Assembly (NCBI RefSeq): GCF_009834535.1
Contig: NC_045696.1
Span: 31,188,001 to 31,252,000 of the forward strand
Direction: 5' to 3'
DNA from: Camelus ferus
Lineage: Eukaryota
Length of the DNA: 64,000 nt
Positions 12,226 through 26,740 of the stretch are shown one piece after another. Positions within the stretch are counted from its first letter, which is position 1, and the number at the start of each line of letters is the position of its first letter. The translations under genes and the position numbers were made by a program. Below the pieces are notes generated by a model that saw nothing but the letters and a program-made list of their open reading frames with translations, was not told the origin of the DNA and did no database searches.

Positions 12226-15149
12226 AATGACTCAGTATAATTTTCTGAGTTTGCTACAGCCTGATTCCTACAAAACTGTAGAAGTTCCTGGCTTTTAGAA
12301 ATGAAAAGAAATTTCATAGTTGAGTAAGAAAAATTATACCTGTGAGGACATTTGAAAGGCAAGAAACAGGGATAATATCATTATACAGTTCAACTAAACA
12401 AAAATAAACCATACTTTTTACAGAATTTTGTCAGGAGAATAATATGAGAATTTTAAAAACATTATTTATGAAGGTCCAGTCAATTCAGACATTCATTTAA
12501 AATGTTATCTTCCAAGGATTCTTTAACTCAGGTTCTTATGAACTTGCATGAAGAATTTGTAAGGAATAACTAAACTTATTACATGTATCTGTGCATTAAT
12601 CTAAGCACATATGCATCAGAAGCACTTTTTCATTGTACACATATTCAATAATTAGAAAATTCTGATATAAAATTTCAGTTCTCACCAATAAACTAATGGG
12701 ATACTTTATTCAAGAATAGATAAAGCAATGGTGTCTTCCCTGCCTTAAATGGTCCTTCCTCCAAGTTCTGAGTCAGAAGGTATAGGTTACTTTTAGAAAA
12801 ATAACAACAAAAACAGAAACTAGAAACAAAATATTAAAAAAGGAAACGTCTATGTCTTTCCTAGGATTTCTTAAATATGTACTTCTGAGGGAAGAAAAGG
12901 TTGATTTACCACAAATGTCACATTCTGTTCATAATCTTTCAGCACTTTGGCTGCTTCCTAAATTAGATTTATTATAGGATATTTAGAAACATGATACCAA
13001 AACATATTATCATGATATATGATATATGTTTTGCAAAGATTATTAACACTTATAGGAACACCAGAATGATATAAACACATTAATGCTTTCATGAGCACAT
13101 GTGCATCACCCATTCTTTGCTTACCAGATATATATACTAGGTCTGAGGGATCCAATAAAGACAAGAACAATTTCCATTCCCTTACCTTATGTTGTGTATT
13201 GGTTTAATATGATTTCAAACTCATTTATGGTTGCCATTGTTTTAATCTAGGAATGAAGTTGTTTTGTTCTAAGAGTGAAAGTGTTCATCTTGAGGGAGCT
13301 ATGTCACGATACTGTCATCTGTATCCGTGGTTGTCGATAAACGCTCAGCTCAGCTATTGACAAGCACTGCTGGGGATATCGATGAGAACGATAAGAACGT
13401 GTGGAGGGGTGACTCTGGTTGGAGGATGTTTAAGCTTTAAATATCAAGAGGCTTGACCTGCAACTTAAGAGTGTTGGGTCTGGGCAAGGAGATTCTTTGT
13501 TGACCTAAATAGCTCTTCAAAGAAACTGAGGCACTAGCTCCTGCCCAGGATAAGCGACTCTTTGCAAGGCAGTGGTGAAAACCATGCAACTGCCCAGAGA
13601 ATCATCTTGCTGCCCAACACCACATCCTCTTCGCTTGCAACATGCTCTAGCAACAAGGGACTTTTGCTTTTGTCCAGCAGCTAGACATCAGCTTGTGGTT
13701 GGCTATGCAAATCTCCAGGACAACCAACTGACAGAAAGGTTTACCTCAACTAAATCTGGACTTTATTCATTTCATCTCCTCCTTGCCTGGAATAATGGAA
13801 TGATTAATCTATTAATGGTTTGGAGTACGTTATTTCTTTATTGGCTTATAAAAGACATGATCCTGTATGCTATTGGCTTGTGTAATTATTATAATTCTCA
13901 CTGTGTTAAGTAGATTAATTGACAAAGACAATCGCAGTCTCTGAGCATAATTTGCCACTTCCAGAAACAAAACACCTTACTCATATTTTATAAGGTTTTA
14001 ATTTTAAGGGCAATATAATTTCAGATAATAAATTCACTCTTTTTTGTATTATTAAAATCTCATGCAGCAAATGGGATAAAGCTAAACTTTGAAGTAGGGA
14101 TGTGATTTGAATATTTAGAAGACTTATTAAAGCATCCTGGCTACAAGCAAAATAGAAAAAAAAAGAGTGGAAAGATAAAGAAGGCCGTGATATTATTGAG
14201 AGTGAGTAACTGGTAAAAAAAAAAAAGCCTCAACTTTTTTTTCTAATACACAAAGTATGATTCTTAAACTTACCTAACTTGTAACATTGAGAATACTTAA
14301 TTAATTTAAGGAAATGTTCCTAAGATACTACTCTGAAATGGTAGGTATGCATTAGAAGTTAGTCCTCTTTCTCCCACAGGACCACGTACTGTGGAGAACA
14401 GTACTCAGATTGCTAAAGGGATCTGAAATAAGGACCAAGACTTCCTCTAAAAGCAATATTGAAACTGTGCAGGTTCTTGATGTGTGATAATTAGACAGTC
14501 TGATAGTCACGTGCTAAATGTATTGAAGCAGAAAGTTTGGTGTTCTGAATCCGGATGGAATATACAGGGAGAGAGATCTCTAGAAGAACTCGTAAAAAGA
14601 GAATTATAAAACAATTCAGACAGCAAGCATTAACAATGCAGAAATATCTGTGTTATATCATGAAATCAATCTATAGTTAAGGATTTATATTTACTGTGAT
14701 ATATCTGCATTAAACATGTAGCAAGAAATTTATTTAAATATTTATTTTTGTTTAGTGTTTAAAATTATTTTCATATTTTATGGGATAATTATTTAAGGGG
14801 CTCAGATGAAATGCATGCATGGTAAACTAAATCTAGGCAGCTTTTCCCCCCCATCAAGCTCAAGGCAACTTCTTCAAGGATGGCTTTCCAATTTAAAAAT
14901 GTGAATGAAAGCTAGAGAAGAAATGAGATTAAGAAATATAATCTAAGAGGCCAAAAATTATTTGAAGAAATACATCAGTGACCATCATCATTAAGGCATA
15001 ACTATTGACTTACTTTCATAATTCATGGTGGTCTGCAGTTTTCCACCATCATTCATCTGCCTGGACCCCCTTTTGTGCCTGTTCGTAAGACTGTAGAGAT
15101 GTTATGACTGAACTCAGCTCTGCTATAGCAAAGAGGAAAGCATAGAGAG

Positions 15150-15310
15150 TTAGATGTGAGGAAGGAACACGTGTGTTTGGAATCAGAAATACTGAGCTGG
15201 GTATTTATTTTACCTATGTGATTTCTGGCATGTCCCTTAAATTATTTTAAAGTGATTTTCTGTTTTTAAATTTAAATGAGGTATCTCGTAGTATCATTCA
15301 CTGATGTCAA
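15150..15310 (+). mobile_element. MIR fragment
   Basis: TTTGGAATCAGAAATACTGAG...CTATGTGATTTCTGGCATGTCCCTTAA. Confidence 0.45.
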
Positions 15311-15519
15311 ATAAAACAATAAAATAAAATGTATTGTTTGCTAAAGATATTATTCTATTTATCAATTCTATTTTAAATAAGGTCGCTTAACAAGGAAAAT
15401 TGATATCCTTATCAAATTACTGTTAATGTATGATGTTTAAACTGAACACTTAACTATGTATTTCAGGCACTGTGAACATAATCAGTTCCTTGATTTTAAG
15501 TATTTCAGAGTTCAAATGT

Positions 15520-15645
15520 ACCTCTCAATAAGTATTAAGTGCCTTGAGGGTAAACACTACATTTTGTGCTGGTCTCAAAATTCTAGAAATTTTATACACA
15601 TCATTTATGTCAAATAAATATACAGAAAAATAAATACTTGAATGA
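15520..15645 (+). mobile_element. L2 3' tail fragment
   Basis: TAAGTGCCTTGAGGGTAAACACTAC...AAATACTTGAATGAA resembles the L2 terminus. Confidence 0.4.
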
Positions 15646-17611
15646 AAAATTATCTTCAAAAGGCAACTGCAAATATCTAATAGTAAATTTATATTGACTT
15701 TATATTAAAAAGACATATGACTACCTAGAATATTTTAGCCAATATTCATAATATGTACATCAAACTAAAATTAATCATTCAAAAGTTTAAATTATTTATA
15801 CATCATTTTTTCCAATCAGATACTATTTAAGGCTAGTTTATTACATGGATGTTGATTCACTATAACTTGGGTCATAGGCTGTGGCAAGAATTGCTTTATT
15901 TTTACTTTTATTTTATTGTATTTTTTATTTTTATATTTCCCCAAAATAATTCTTAAATCTGTTTGTGAGATTATTTCTAACAAGAGCATTTCTTAGCAAA
16001 TAGTAAACCTAATCAGAAAAGAAACTCTTGCTGTAGCTTGCTAAGCTATATTGAAACACTCTTGCTCACTGCTTGGCTATATAATCCTCTTTCACCTGCA
16101 CATCAAGGATATACTTCTCACAGAAGTATGAGGATTAACAAAAAAGTCATTAATAGAATCTTCTATATTCTTCCTTGTTCCAAAAGCCTTCAATAAGAGA
16201 TATTTTTGTTATTACTTAGAACCTTTCCAAAAGGCATATAGGTAACAGCAATCTTAGAGATAAGAAAACAAATTCAAAGGGATTAAAACTTTACCAATAT
16301 GATGTCAAATATTTGCTTGAAACACGGAAAGTCAAAATGTTCAACTAGTTGTTTTGTTGGGTCAGTGGTAACAGGTAGTGGACAAGCAAGTCTTCAATAG
16401 ATCATAATTGAGAAAAGAGTTCTTCTTGATGAACTGTATTTTAAATCACTGCACCATAGAATGACAACCGATCACAGAAGCATAAAACATTAGAAATGGC
16501 AGGGCCCTCAGAGATCATCAACTCATAGTGTAAATTTAAAAAGGCCACTATGGATATGCAGTGTTTACTTTGGATATAAAGGGTTGTGATTTTAGTATCT
16601 CCATACCTACTGAACTTAGTAACATTCACTCAGTGTATATTCTTTCACACCTATTAGAAGTTTTGATTTAGAATCACAAATATTTCTTCTTGGAAATCAT
16701 ACTAATTCATTGCTGATACTCTTAGACATAGGTTATTGCTTTCAGGGCAGTCATTTTATATTATCTTTCTTCAGGGTTTACCTCCCTAGATCAACATCCT
16801 GGGCTAAATCTTTCAGCATCTTTTGGTCTACTTTATCAGGTTAGCACAGAACCACAGGATTTTAGGACAAGAAAGGAAAATGCAGATTATCTTCTCCCAC
16901 CACCCTCCTACTTTCTGTATTTAACTGCAGAATGGTTTTACAAATGACTCTTGAGTAGCTTCTAAGTAGCAAATTCTCCATTTACACAACTGTATTAGAG
17001 AACTACTTTTGAGGTTGAGTGAAAATTTGTTTCTATCTTCCATTTATTGTTTCTATTTCTCATCTTTGGTAAAGGAAAACAAATGTGCTAATTTTGCTTG
17101 AAATTCCTCAATATCTGAGTATTCCTGTGATCATTTTCCTTCCCCAAATCTTATCTTTAGTTTATTGTTATTAACAAGAATGCTTTTGAGTTGTATTACC
17201 ACATTTGTTATTGTGTGAATACTTTTCAATTGTCTACATTTTTTTGAAAAGTCCCTGCCAAAAACATAACATTATGCTTCAGAGAAGGTTAGTAGCTAGC
17301 ATTCTAAGAAGGCTGGCCTATCAGCTTTCTCGCTCTGGATATAACTGGTAAGGTAGATAAAAATAGCTTATTTAATGGTTATATTTCACTTTTAGATCAC
17401 ATAAAATTTATGATTAATTAAAAGTTTGTTGCATGCTTCCTAAATAGCTACTGTAAATGAAGAACAGCTTCCCACCTCCTAAAGTTGGAAAAATTATCTT
17501 TATCTTTTTAAAAATTTAATCTTGTAATATTCTGACTGTTGTTTCTAATAGATTATAATCTTTCTCGTTACTGGTACTGATATTAATACATTTCTCTCAT
17601 TCTTGATTAAC

Positions 17612-19125
<1,514 letters not shown>

Positions 19126-20249
19126 TCCTGAGTGTACTTTATATGTCTTTAATGAGTTACTGGTAGAATGTGGAATATAACTGGGACATGGGCACAGACT
19201 TACTAAGTTATCAAAAATTTCCTTCCCAATGGAATGGGTTAAAACTACATACCATCATATTCCAGAAGGATATGGCTAGCTTCACTTTTTTTTTTCTTCC
19301 TAAAGTCATTTCCATGAGTTTTTAACCAACTAGAATTTAATTTCTACTCATTGTTCAGTGTTTTGCCCCAAGAAGGGCCTAGTCCTTTACTATGAGGCAC
19401 TGGAACATCCACGTGTCTCTAGGGGCCCATGACTGTTTTCTATTTGCTCCTTTCTCTGTTACACACACTAGTCACCAATTCATGGCTGTGATTCTCTTTG
19501 GCTATATCACTTGAAATATTCTTCATGCTTACAATTACTGTAAATTTTAACTATTTCATATTTCTTTCTCCTCTCTGATCGGTAATTTATCCATAATTTT
19601 TATAATTGTATACTTTATTAATATATTATGACTTACGGTACTGGCTCATTTTTTTTTTTCATTCTGTTTTGCAACACTTTACAAACTCCCTGGTAAAAGA
19701 TATTACAGAGTGATGTGTCTGAAGCCCTTCTCACATTCTGTGGGAGCACAGAGAATATATTAATTATGAGAATTCATAACTTCTTATTTCTCTCTGGAAG
19801 CGAGGAATTACAAACATCTTTTAGTACCAAAGTGACCCCCATAGCTCTTAGATAGAGTGTGAAAATGAAGCCAACAGCTGGCTCTTTGCACTTCCCTTGG
19901 TAACTTCATTTTAATAAACACCTCAGAAACCAACCTAGGTTTATGTTGACGTGGTTCTAAAGAGATGCTACTTGAGTACCTATTTCCCACTCTGAAGAAT
20001 TATCTTTAACGTAGGATGTAGCACAATCATTTCATTATTAGCAAATTATTGCTTATCAACTTTACCCAAGCCTCCAATTGCAAACAGCAAATACGCAGAA
20101 AGACTTCTCAAGTATTTCAGAGGATCATTCCTCTCTTCCAATTTCTTTGCTTTCTTGCCAGAAAGAGTCCTGGACACCTCTGCCTCCCTGTGAGCACAGA
20201 ATAGTTATATTGCTGACATACTGTCAAAATGGATTTTCATGATGATAAC

Positions 20250-20440
20250 TACTAATAAAATGTGTTTACCATGTGCTTACCATGATTACATCAATAATCT
20301 CATCTAAAGTCCAAATTAACTAATGATTTGATTTCTATTTGTATACCCATTTTACAGCTCAAATTTAGAGGTGCCCAGTAATTATCGAATGGATGCACAA
20401 ATATCAAGTTGCAGAGCTGGATTTTTGGATTCAGGATTTC
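20250..20440 (-). mobile_element. MIR (degraded)
   Basis: TTTACCATGTGC...ATCTCATCTAAAGTCC...CCCATTTTACAG...GCAGAGCTGGATT is reverse MIR layout. Confidence 0.6.
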
Positions 20441-22899
20441 TCCTGCCAGTTTGCTAGCTATTATTTACTTATTTCTGAGTGAACTACTTTTAAGAAATTC
20501 ACACTTTTTGTGGGAACTGGGTATATGTACTCATCTTTCTTATTTTCTAGTAGAAATCTTTGTATCTAAGAGTAATTTTTCTCTTATGTTCTTAGTGTTT
20601 CATTTAGTTATTGCTTCATTTTCAATATTAAGGGCTTTAGGAAAAGTGTTTCTATCTTTATGAAAGCAACATGTAAGTGTTTAAGTAAATTTTAGGGTGG
20701 GGAGCACTGGCTGTCCCAAAGACGCTGAGCTTATCTCATGTTTTTTATAAAATGCTTTTCAGAATTATTTACCTACCAAGCAAATAGACATACCTTGGTT
20801 TTGCAGAGCATTCTAAGAATGAGTACACAATGATTCCCATTAGCTAAGTAGGTTAATGACTTAAGAACATCAACATTCAGTTAGAAAGCAGTTCCAGTGG
20901 ATGCTGCATGATGTTAATAGGTCTCAAAGAGATGGGAGAGAGGAATGTTGGAAAGTTAATGTGTTCAGTGAATTATGCACTAATCACAGTTTCTTTTTGA
21001 CATCTTTATCAGAATCTTTACTATGTTACCAGTGGACATGGAAGAGAGGAGAAACACATGCAGTGTTCCCATCATATGTTTGACTATGTTCTATTGAATA
21101 CGCTTAGGACATGCTGTTATAAAGAAATGTATAGACTCAATTCTTCTTTTGTTTGAAGAAATAAATGTGGTATTCACAATCTTCAAAAGAAAGCAGAAAA
21201 GATTCTGAATTGGAAATGAACAAATCCATCCTAGATTTAAAAGTAAGTACATAAAAAAGGTGAGAGTGAAAATTGAAGACAGCATAGCCATAATGGTCTA
21301 ATTTCTGGATTAGGTTGTGAACCTTGATAGTATAGGAATATATAATTTCTGTGTGGTGAGGGAGAAGAACGCGGACTCCACCATATGAGCCATACTGAGA
21401 AGTTATTTGAGAAAATGCCTGTGTATTATAACCATTCTACATTGATTAAAATTAGTCAGACAGAAGAAATGAGAGCGCTGGTGATAAGCAAAAGGAAATA
21501 TTCAAAATATAAGTCTAAAACCTAACTAAAAATCACATGCAACTGGTACTGACAAATCCCCTAGTTAATTTTGTCAGAGGTTAGCCTCATTTGCCAAGTA
21601 ACCTTTATATAACACTAACTGTATATTGGTGAGTAAAAACTAATGTCATTTAAGAGAGTGTCATTTGAAAATAATAATGCTACTTCCTTTCATTGCTAAT
21701 ATCCTGAAGTCTCAAATTTCACAATGTACTTGCCTAAAAGCAACCCTAGTGAATTTTTAAGATGTTATATTCTATAATATTTACTATTGCATTATTATGT
21801 ATTTCTTCTTTGTTGAATGTCCATGAATTGTTTACTGAATTTCAATTTGTAGCTTAATAATGCTTTTTAATAATCCAAATCACAGCTCAAATTTACCTGG
21901 GAAAATACATGTTCGATTTCAACGGTTGAAAAGTAATGAGTGTCTCCTAAGGTCAGCTCAGTTTTACTTGACAATGTTTTTATTAGACAAAAGAAATGAC
22001 TTTTTTTTTTTTCTGTTAGAGCTTAAATAACCAATAATACTAAAAGAAAAAAGTATAGTCCCCCAAATGGGTGTAGTTTTCTAGCCAGCAGAACGAGAGA
22101 GGTACAAAAATAAAAGGAAGTTTGTAACTAAAATTTCCCATTATCTGTAAGGCAAGCGCATTGAGCATTATTAAGCCTGAAGTTAAAATGCTGAGGAGTG
22201 TGGTAAGAGGAAAACGCACAGCTATCAGCTTTCTTGCATCTCCCCTGATCCAGACTGAGCCTGGATGCAAGGCAAAAATAGAAACTCCATTGCAAATTGC
22301 CAAAGTAACTGTTTGGCAAACAGTTTCGATTAGTGGAAAATGATCCAATTAATGCACCCCACAAAGGACTAAGAACAAATACCAATATCAAACACAGCTA
22401 CAGAAAGAAATCTTTGAAGTGGCTGTTTTGAACAGACTATTAACAACATGAAATCTAGCTGAAATGTAACCAACCAGATGCTAGTGCTTGAATACAGCAA
22501 ATAAAAAAGATTGCTTTGCTATTAGAAAGGTAGCATAAATTTCTCCCTCATGTCACTTAGTACAGCCAAGAGACTCACAGAGGAAGATTCAGATTTTCCT
22601 TGGGTCCTTTCTCATCATTCTTATTTTCTGTGTTTTATTTCATTTTATTTGGCAGTGATAAGGGTGAATTTTGGGAGATGAAAAATTTCATCTCTAAAGT
22701 TCATATAATTTAGGGCCTTGCACTTAACTGAAAAAAAGGAAATAAGAATGTGATAGCAAATGTACAACTATAGAAATTGCTTCTGTGGGAATAAGAACTA
22801 AAGACGTTTCTGTTCCTTTATTCAAATAACTCTTTTAGATATCTGCAGTAAAGACTTCACTTTGCAATCACTGAAAACATCTGGTTTAGAAATGAATCC

Positions 22900-23065
22900 T
22901 TGAGCACAGGGGAGTTTAGAGCAATGATGTAATGATGGATATGTTGGCATTATACATTTGCCAAAACTCATAGACTATAAAATACAAAGAATGAACATTA
23001 ATAAACCAGGGATTTTAGTTAATAATAATGTATCAATATTGGCTTATCAATTGTAGCAAATGACT
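22900..23065 (+). mobile_element. L1MC-type 3' UTR fragment
   Basis: CATTATACATTTGCCAAAACTCATAGAC...TTTAGTTAATAATAATGTATCAATATTGGCTTATCAATTGTAGCAAATG. Confidence 0.75.
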
Positions 23066-23249
23066 TGCCCAGCTTAGAACTTCATGAATATTGGCAATTC
23101 AGATTAAAAACACTGCTGAGTTTTTCTCAGAGATACTGTATTTTATTAGGTATTTCAGCCTTTATTTTCTTTATATCAAATTTTCAAAAATACTTTTTTT
23201 CAAAGCAAAGTGCAATTCTTTTTTACATTTATAAGATACACTTTACACT

Positions 23250-23602
23250 TGTGGGCTACATTGTGTCCCCCCAAATTCATATGTTGAAGCCCCAACCCTC
23301 AGTGAGATGATGCTTGGAGATGGGGCTTTGGGGATCATGAGGGCGAGACCCTTGTGATGGGACAAGTGCCCTTATTGGTGAGACTCCAGAGAGACTGTTC
23401 TCTCTTCTCCCCGCCCCCATCTCTGCCATGTGAGGACACAGCAGGAAGAACTTGTGCCAGCCCAGAAACCACCTCTCATCAGAAACTGACCGTGTTGGCA
23501 CCCTGATCTCAGACTTTGTCTCCAGAATTGTGAGCAAACCAACTTCTGTCCTTTAAGTCACCCAGCTTATGGTATGCTTTAATGGCAATCCAATCAGACA
23601 AC
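23250..23602 (+). mobile_element. MaLR solo LTR (MLT1A-like)
   Basis: TGTGTCCCCCCAAATTCATATGTTGAAGCCCCAACCC...GCCATGTGAGGACACAGCAGGAAG...GGCACCCTGATCTCAGACTT...CCAGAATTGTGAG. Confidence 0.9.
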
Positions 23603-23812
23603 AAACTTTCACTGGGTTTAGGGTATATACAAGAAGCAGTGAAAAGAGCACTGAGAAAGGACTCAACATACTTCGGCACAGGGACCACCCTTGGAAATAA
23701 ACCGACTCTGCAATATGGTCATTTGTTGTATCGTTTTAAACCTGAATATTTCCCTGTTTAAAATGAGAGGGTTACATTAACCAACTGATCACTCGTCTTA
23801 TTCATTTCAAAT

Positions 23813-23955
23813 GAGGGTTGACAGATAAAACATAAGACATTCAGCTAAATATGAATTTCAGATAAGTAATTTATGGCCTTTAGTATTAGCATGACCTTTG
23901 CACTATAAGGGACATACTTATACTAAACATTTATTTGTTATTGTTCTGAAAATCT
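23813..23955. mobile_element. MER53-like hAT MITE (partial)
   Basis: AGGGTTGACAGATAAAACATAAGAC...GAATTTCAGATAA...GGGACATACTTATACTAAA. Confidence 0.75.
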
Positions 23956-24054
23956 AACTTAAGGGTTTTTTGTTACTGTTGTTGCTATTGTCCTTGGTTA
24001 TTATTTTTTTCTGGTAACTCTGATTCAAGTATAATAGTAGTAGGCTAGGCAAGT

Positions 24055-24200
24055 TTAGCATGCATAAGAATGACTTGGAGAGCTTGAGAAAACACAGATG
24101 GCTGATACCCACCCCTAGAGTACCTGATTCCCTAAATCTGGGGAGAAGCTCAAGAATTTGCATTTCTATTAAGTTTCCAAGCGGTGTTGAGCCTGAGAGG
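24055..24200. mobile_element. MER5A-like MITE
   Basis: GCATAAGAATGACTTGGAGAGCTTG...ACACAGATGGCTG...CAAGAATTTGCATTTCTA. Confidence 0.75.
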
Positions 24201-26499
24201 ACCTGGGTGGGACTGGACTCATAAGCCTTAGTATCCCTTCAAAAGTTGACGAAGTTCCTCCATTAATTCATATTTTGCCACAGGTGGATAATGGTTTATC
24301 ATAATCATTAAATCACTGTATAAGAAAATTTCAATTCTTATCTATTAAAAAATATTTTCTCAAAATATTTCAAAATGAAACAGAACATTTTAGAATATTT
24401 TAAAAGTAATTATAATGGCGTTTTGCTTAAAAAGAGTACCATTAATATTATGTATACATTCTTGCCAATATTCTCCCCAAGTAAGGCCCCGTATAATATT
24501 AAATATGCTTTATAAATAAATGCTCTGTTATCTGTAACCTTGACACAATCTTACTTTTTCTCCTTTCCTTTGAGTCCAAACTTTCTAATGAACTTTGGAG
24601 TTATATATCATCTGCAGTTCAAATAACTCCTGAAGAAACAAATAGCTTTGGTGATAAAATAGCCTTAAGCTATTCTGCCTTTTCAGTAGATTTGTATGTG
24701 GGAAACACAGTATCTCTACTGAAGAGTTTCTGTATTCCTTCCTGTTTCTCGTCAAGTGTATAATTCAGGTCTTAGCCTAACCCTTCACTTCACAGCCTGA
24801 TCTGGGATATTCTTGTTATGGACATGCCCATGAGAAATACATCTTGTGTGCTGTGGCTGACAATTTCTAACCCATGATCTTTTGTCCCTGTAGAAACACG
24901 TGAGGCACAGGAAGAAGCTCTAACTTTCTTTATCCAGAAGAACACACTAACATGTTTATGATTCATTTCAGCTATAATTAATTTGTTTTTATTCAGAACT
25001 CTCTACCCCCAGTGAAGACAAAGTCAAAGACTTCAGTATTAGGGCCTACGTCTCAAAATTATGCCACAGCTGTGTTTATAGACTTACCTTGTTCCTCCAT
25101 TCAGTATTCATATAATACATCTAAACTTTTCTCTGTGAATCTTCAGGTTTTGCTTGCTAATGTTAACCTATTTTTTTTTTTTTTTTTTTTTCAGTTCTCC
25201 TGACCTCTTCTTCCTGGAGATCCCAAGGCACAGGTTTGTGCTCTCCCATGTTAACTTCCTCTCTTGTCATTCTTGAGCTGCAACATCGGAAGATCCTTCC
25301 CAACCATTACTATAATTAGTCCCCCTACCTTTGATACTTTGCCTGGTTCCATTGTTTTTCAATTTCCTGGCAAAGCAGAGATCATATTAAAGTGGAAATC
25401 AGTGATACTTCTTATCATTGTCCTGTGATTCATAATGTGAGAAGCATTCACTTCCATCACTAAAATAAATAGTTCTTTTCAGAAATTTTACATCTACCAG
25501 TCCCTAAATACACATATGAGTGTCCAATATGGCTTCCTCACATTAGATCTTTTAAACTCTATCTGAATCTTTCAAGAACATTCATTCAAAACATTATTTT
25601 ACCTATATACACATGCATACATATATCCACACACACACTATATATGTGCATACACATATTTATATACTGCTTTATGTAACAGTCTTTAGAAGATATAGTA
25701 TATGACTAAAATATACAAAACCTGATAATCCCACAGAAATGTTGTTATGATCGTGGATGAGTAACATCTGACAATAGAGAGAGAAGAATGATTATGTATC
25801 ATTTCTTTGAAGTTCCAGAGCTTAATAAGTTACACTATGTAGGAGCTCCATTTCAAGAGGTCGAATCCAAATAAAATACACTATGTAATTTGGAAATGCA
25901 CCTCATATACCTTTTCTTCGAAAATAGCTTCTGTTTCTGTGGGAGAAGGTCACTGGGTTTAAGCACAGAACAAAGAGTAGAAATGGTATAATCATCCCAG
26001 AAAATCAGTAAAGAAGGAAAAAAAGTAAAAGTATTTCTTTGGGGAGAAAGTTGGCTTCTAGAAATGAAGGAGAAATAGCAGTAGAGATAAAAGCTTCTGA
26101 GAAGCTACTTACCTCATGAATTGCAAGGCAGACATCAAAAGCTCAGCTTTTTCTCGTGAATAACTAAGCTATGAGAAAAACAGACAAAGAAATCCATCAA
26201 GAAGAGTACTGGGAAATTCATGTTGTTTGTAGCCATTAATTGAATTGTTTAATAGCAAAGATTTTCACTATTATCAAAGTTATGGTACTTGGCAAACACT
26301 GAATATATACTACTATGTACACTGTGTCAGTCTTCTCCTCAAAAGGACATCAATCCAAAGGCAATGCTTACAACATAGCTGAAGAAAATATAGAAACATA
26401 AAAATAAGTCAATAATTACAAAAATTTCAGAAATTATAAAAATTTAAATTATAAAAACAATCTATACAAATGTTTTTCTGAGTAATACCATAATTATTA

Positions 26500-26740
26500 C
26501 TCAAATATACTGAATTCTGAGCATAAACCAGGTACCAAAATAATTGATTTACAAACACTGCTTTATTGGATCCTCAACAAAACACAATGAGGAATGTAAA
26601 GTCTTAGTTTAACTTTCCAGATTACAAAAAAAGATTAGAAAAGCTAATTGAAATTTTCAAGGCCACATGTTGAGAAAGAGGCACATATAATCTCAGAATT
26701 TAGATTTTGCCCCCTTAACTTCTATGCTGAAAAGCCTAAA
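26500..26740 (-). mobile_element. MIR (degraded)
   Basis: ATCCTCAACAAAACACAATGAGG...TTTCAAGGCCACA resembles reverse MIR. Confidence 0.5.

Noticed and set aside
13572..13913. 113-aa ORF
   Set aside because: GTG start, no recognisable domain or exon structure; treated as chance within the GC-richer block.
25859..25868. B-box-like GGTCGAATCC
   Set aside because: No A box, cloverleaf or SINE body nearby.
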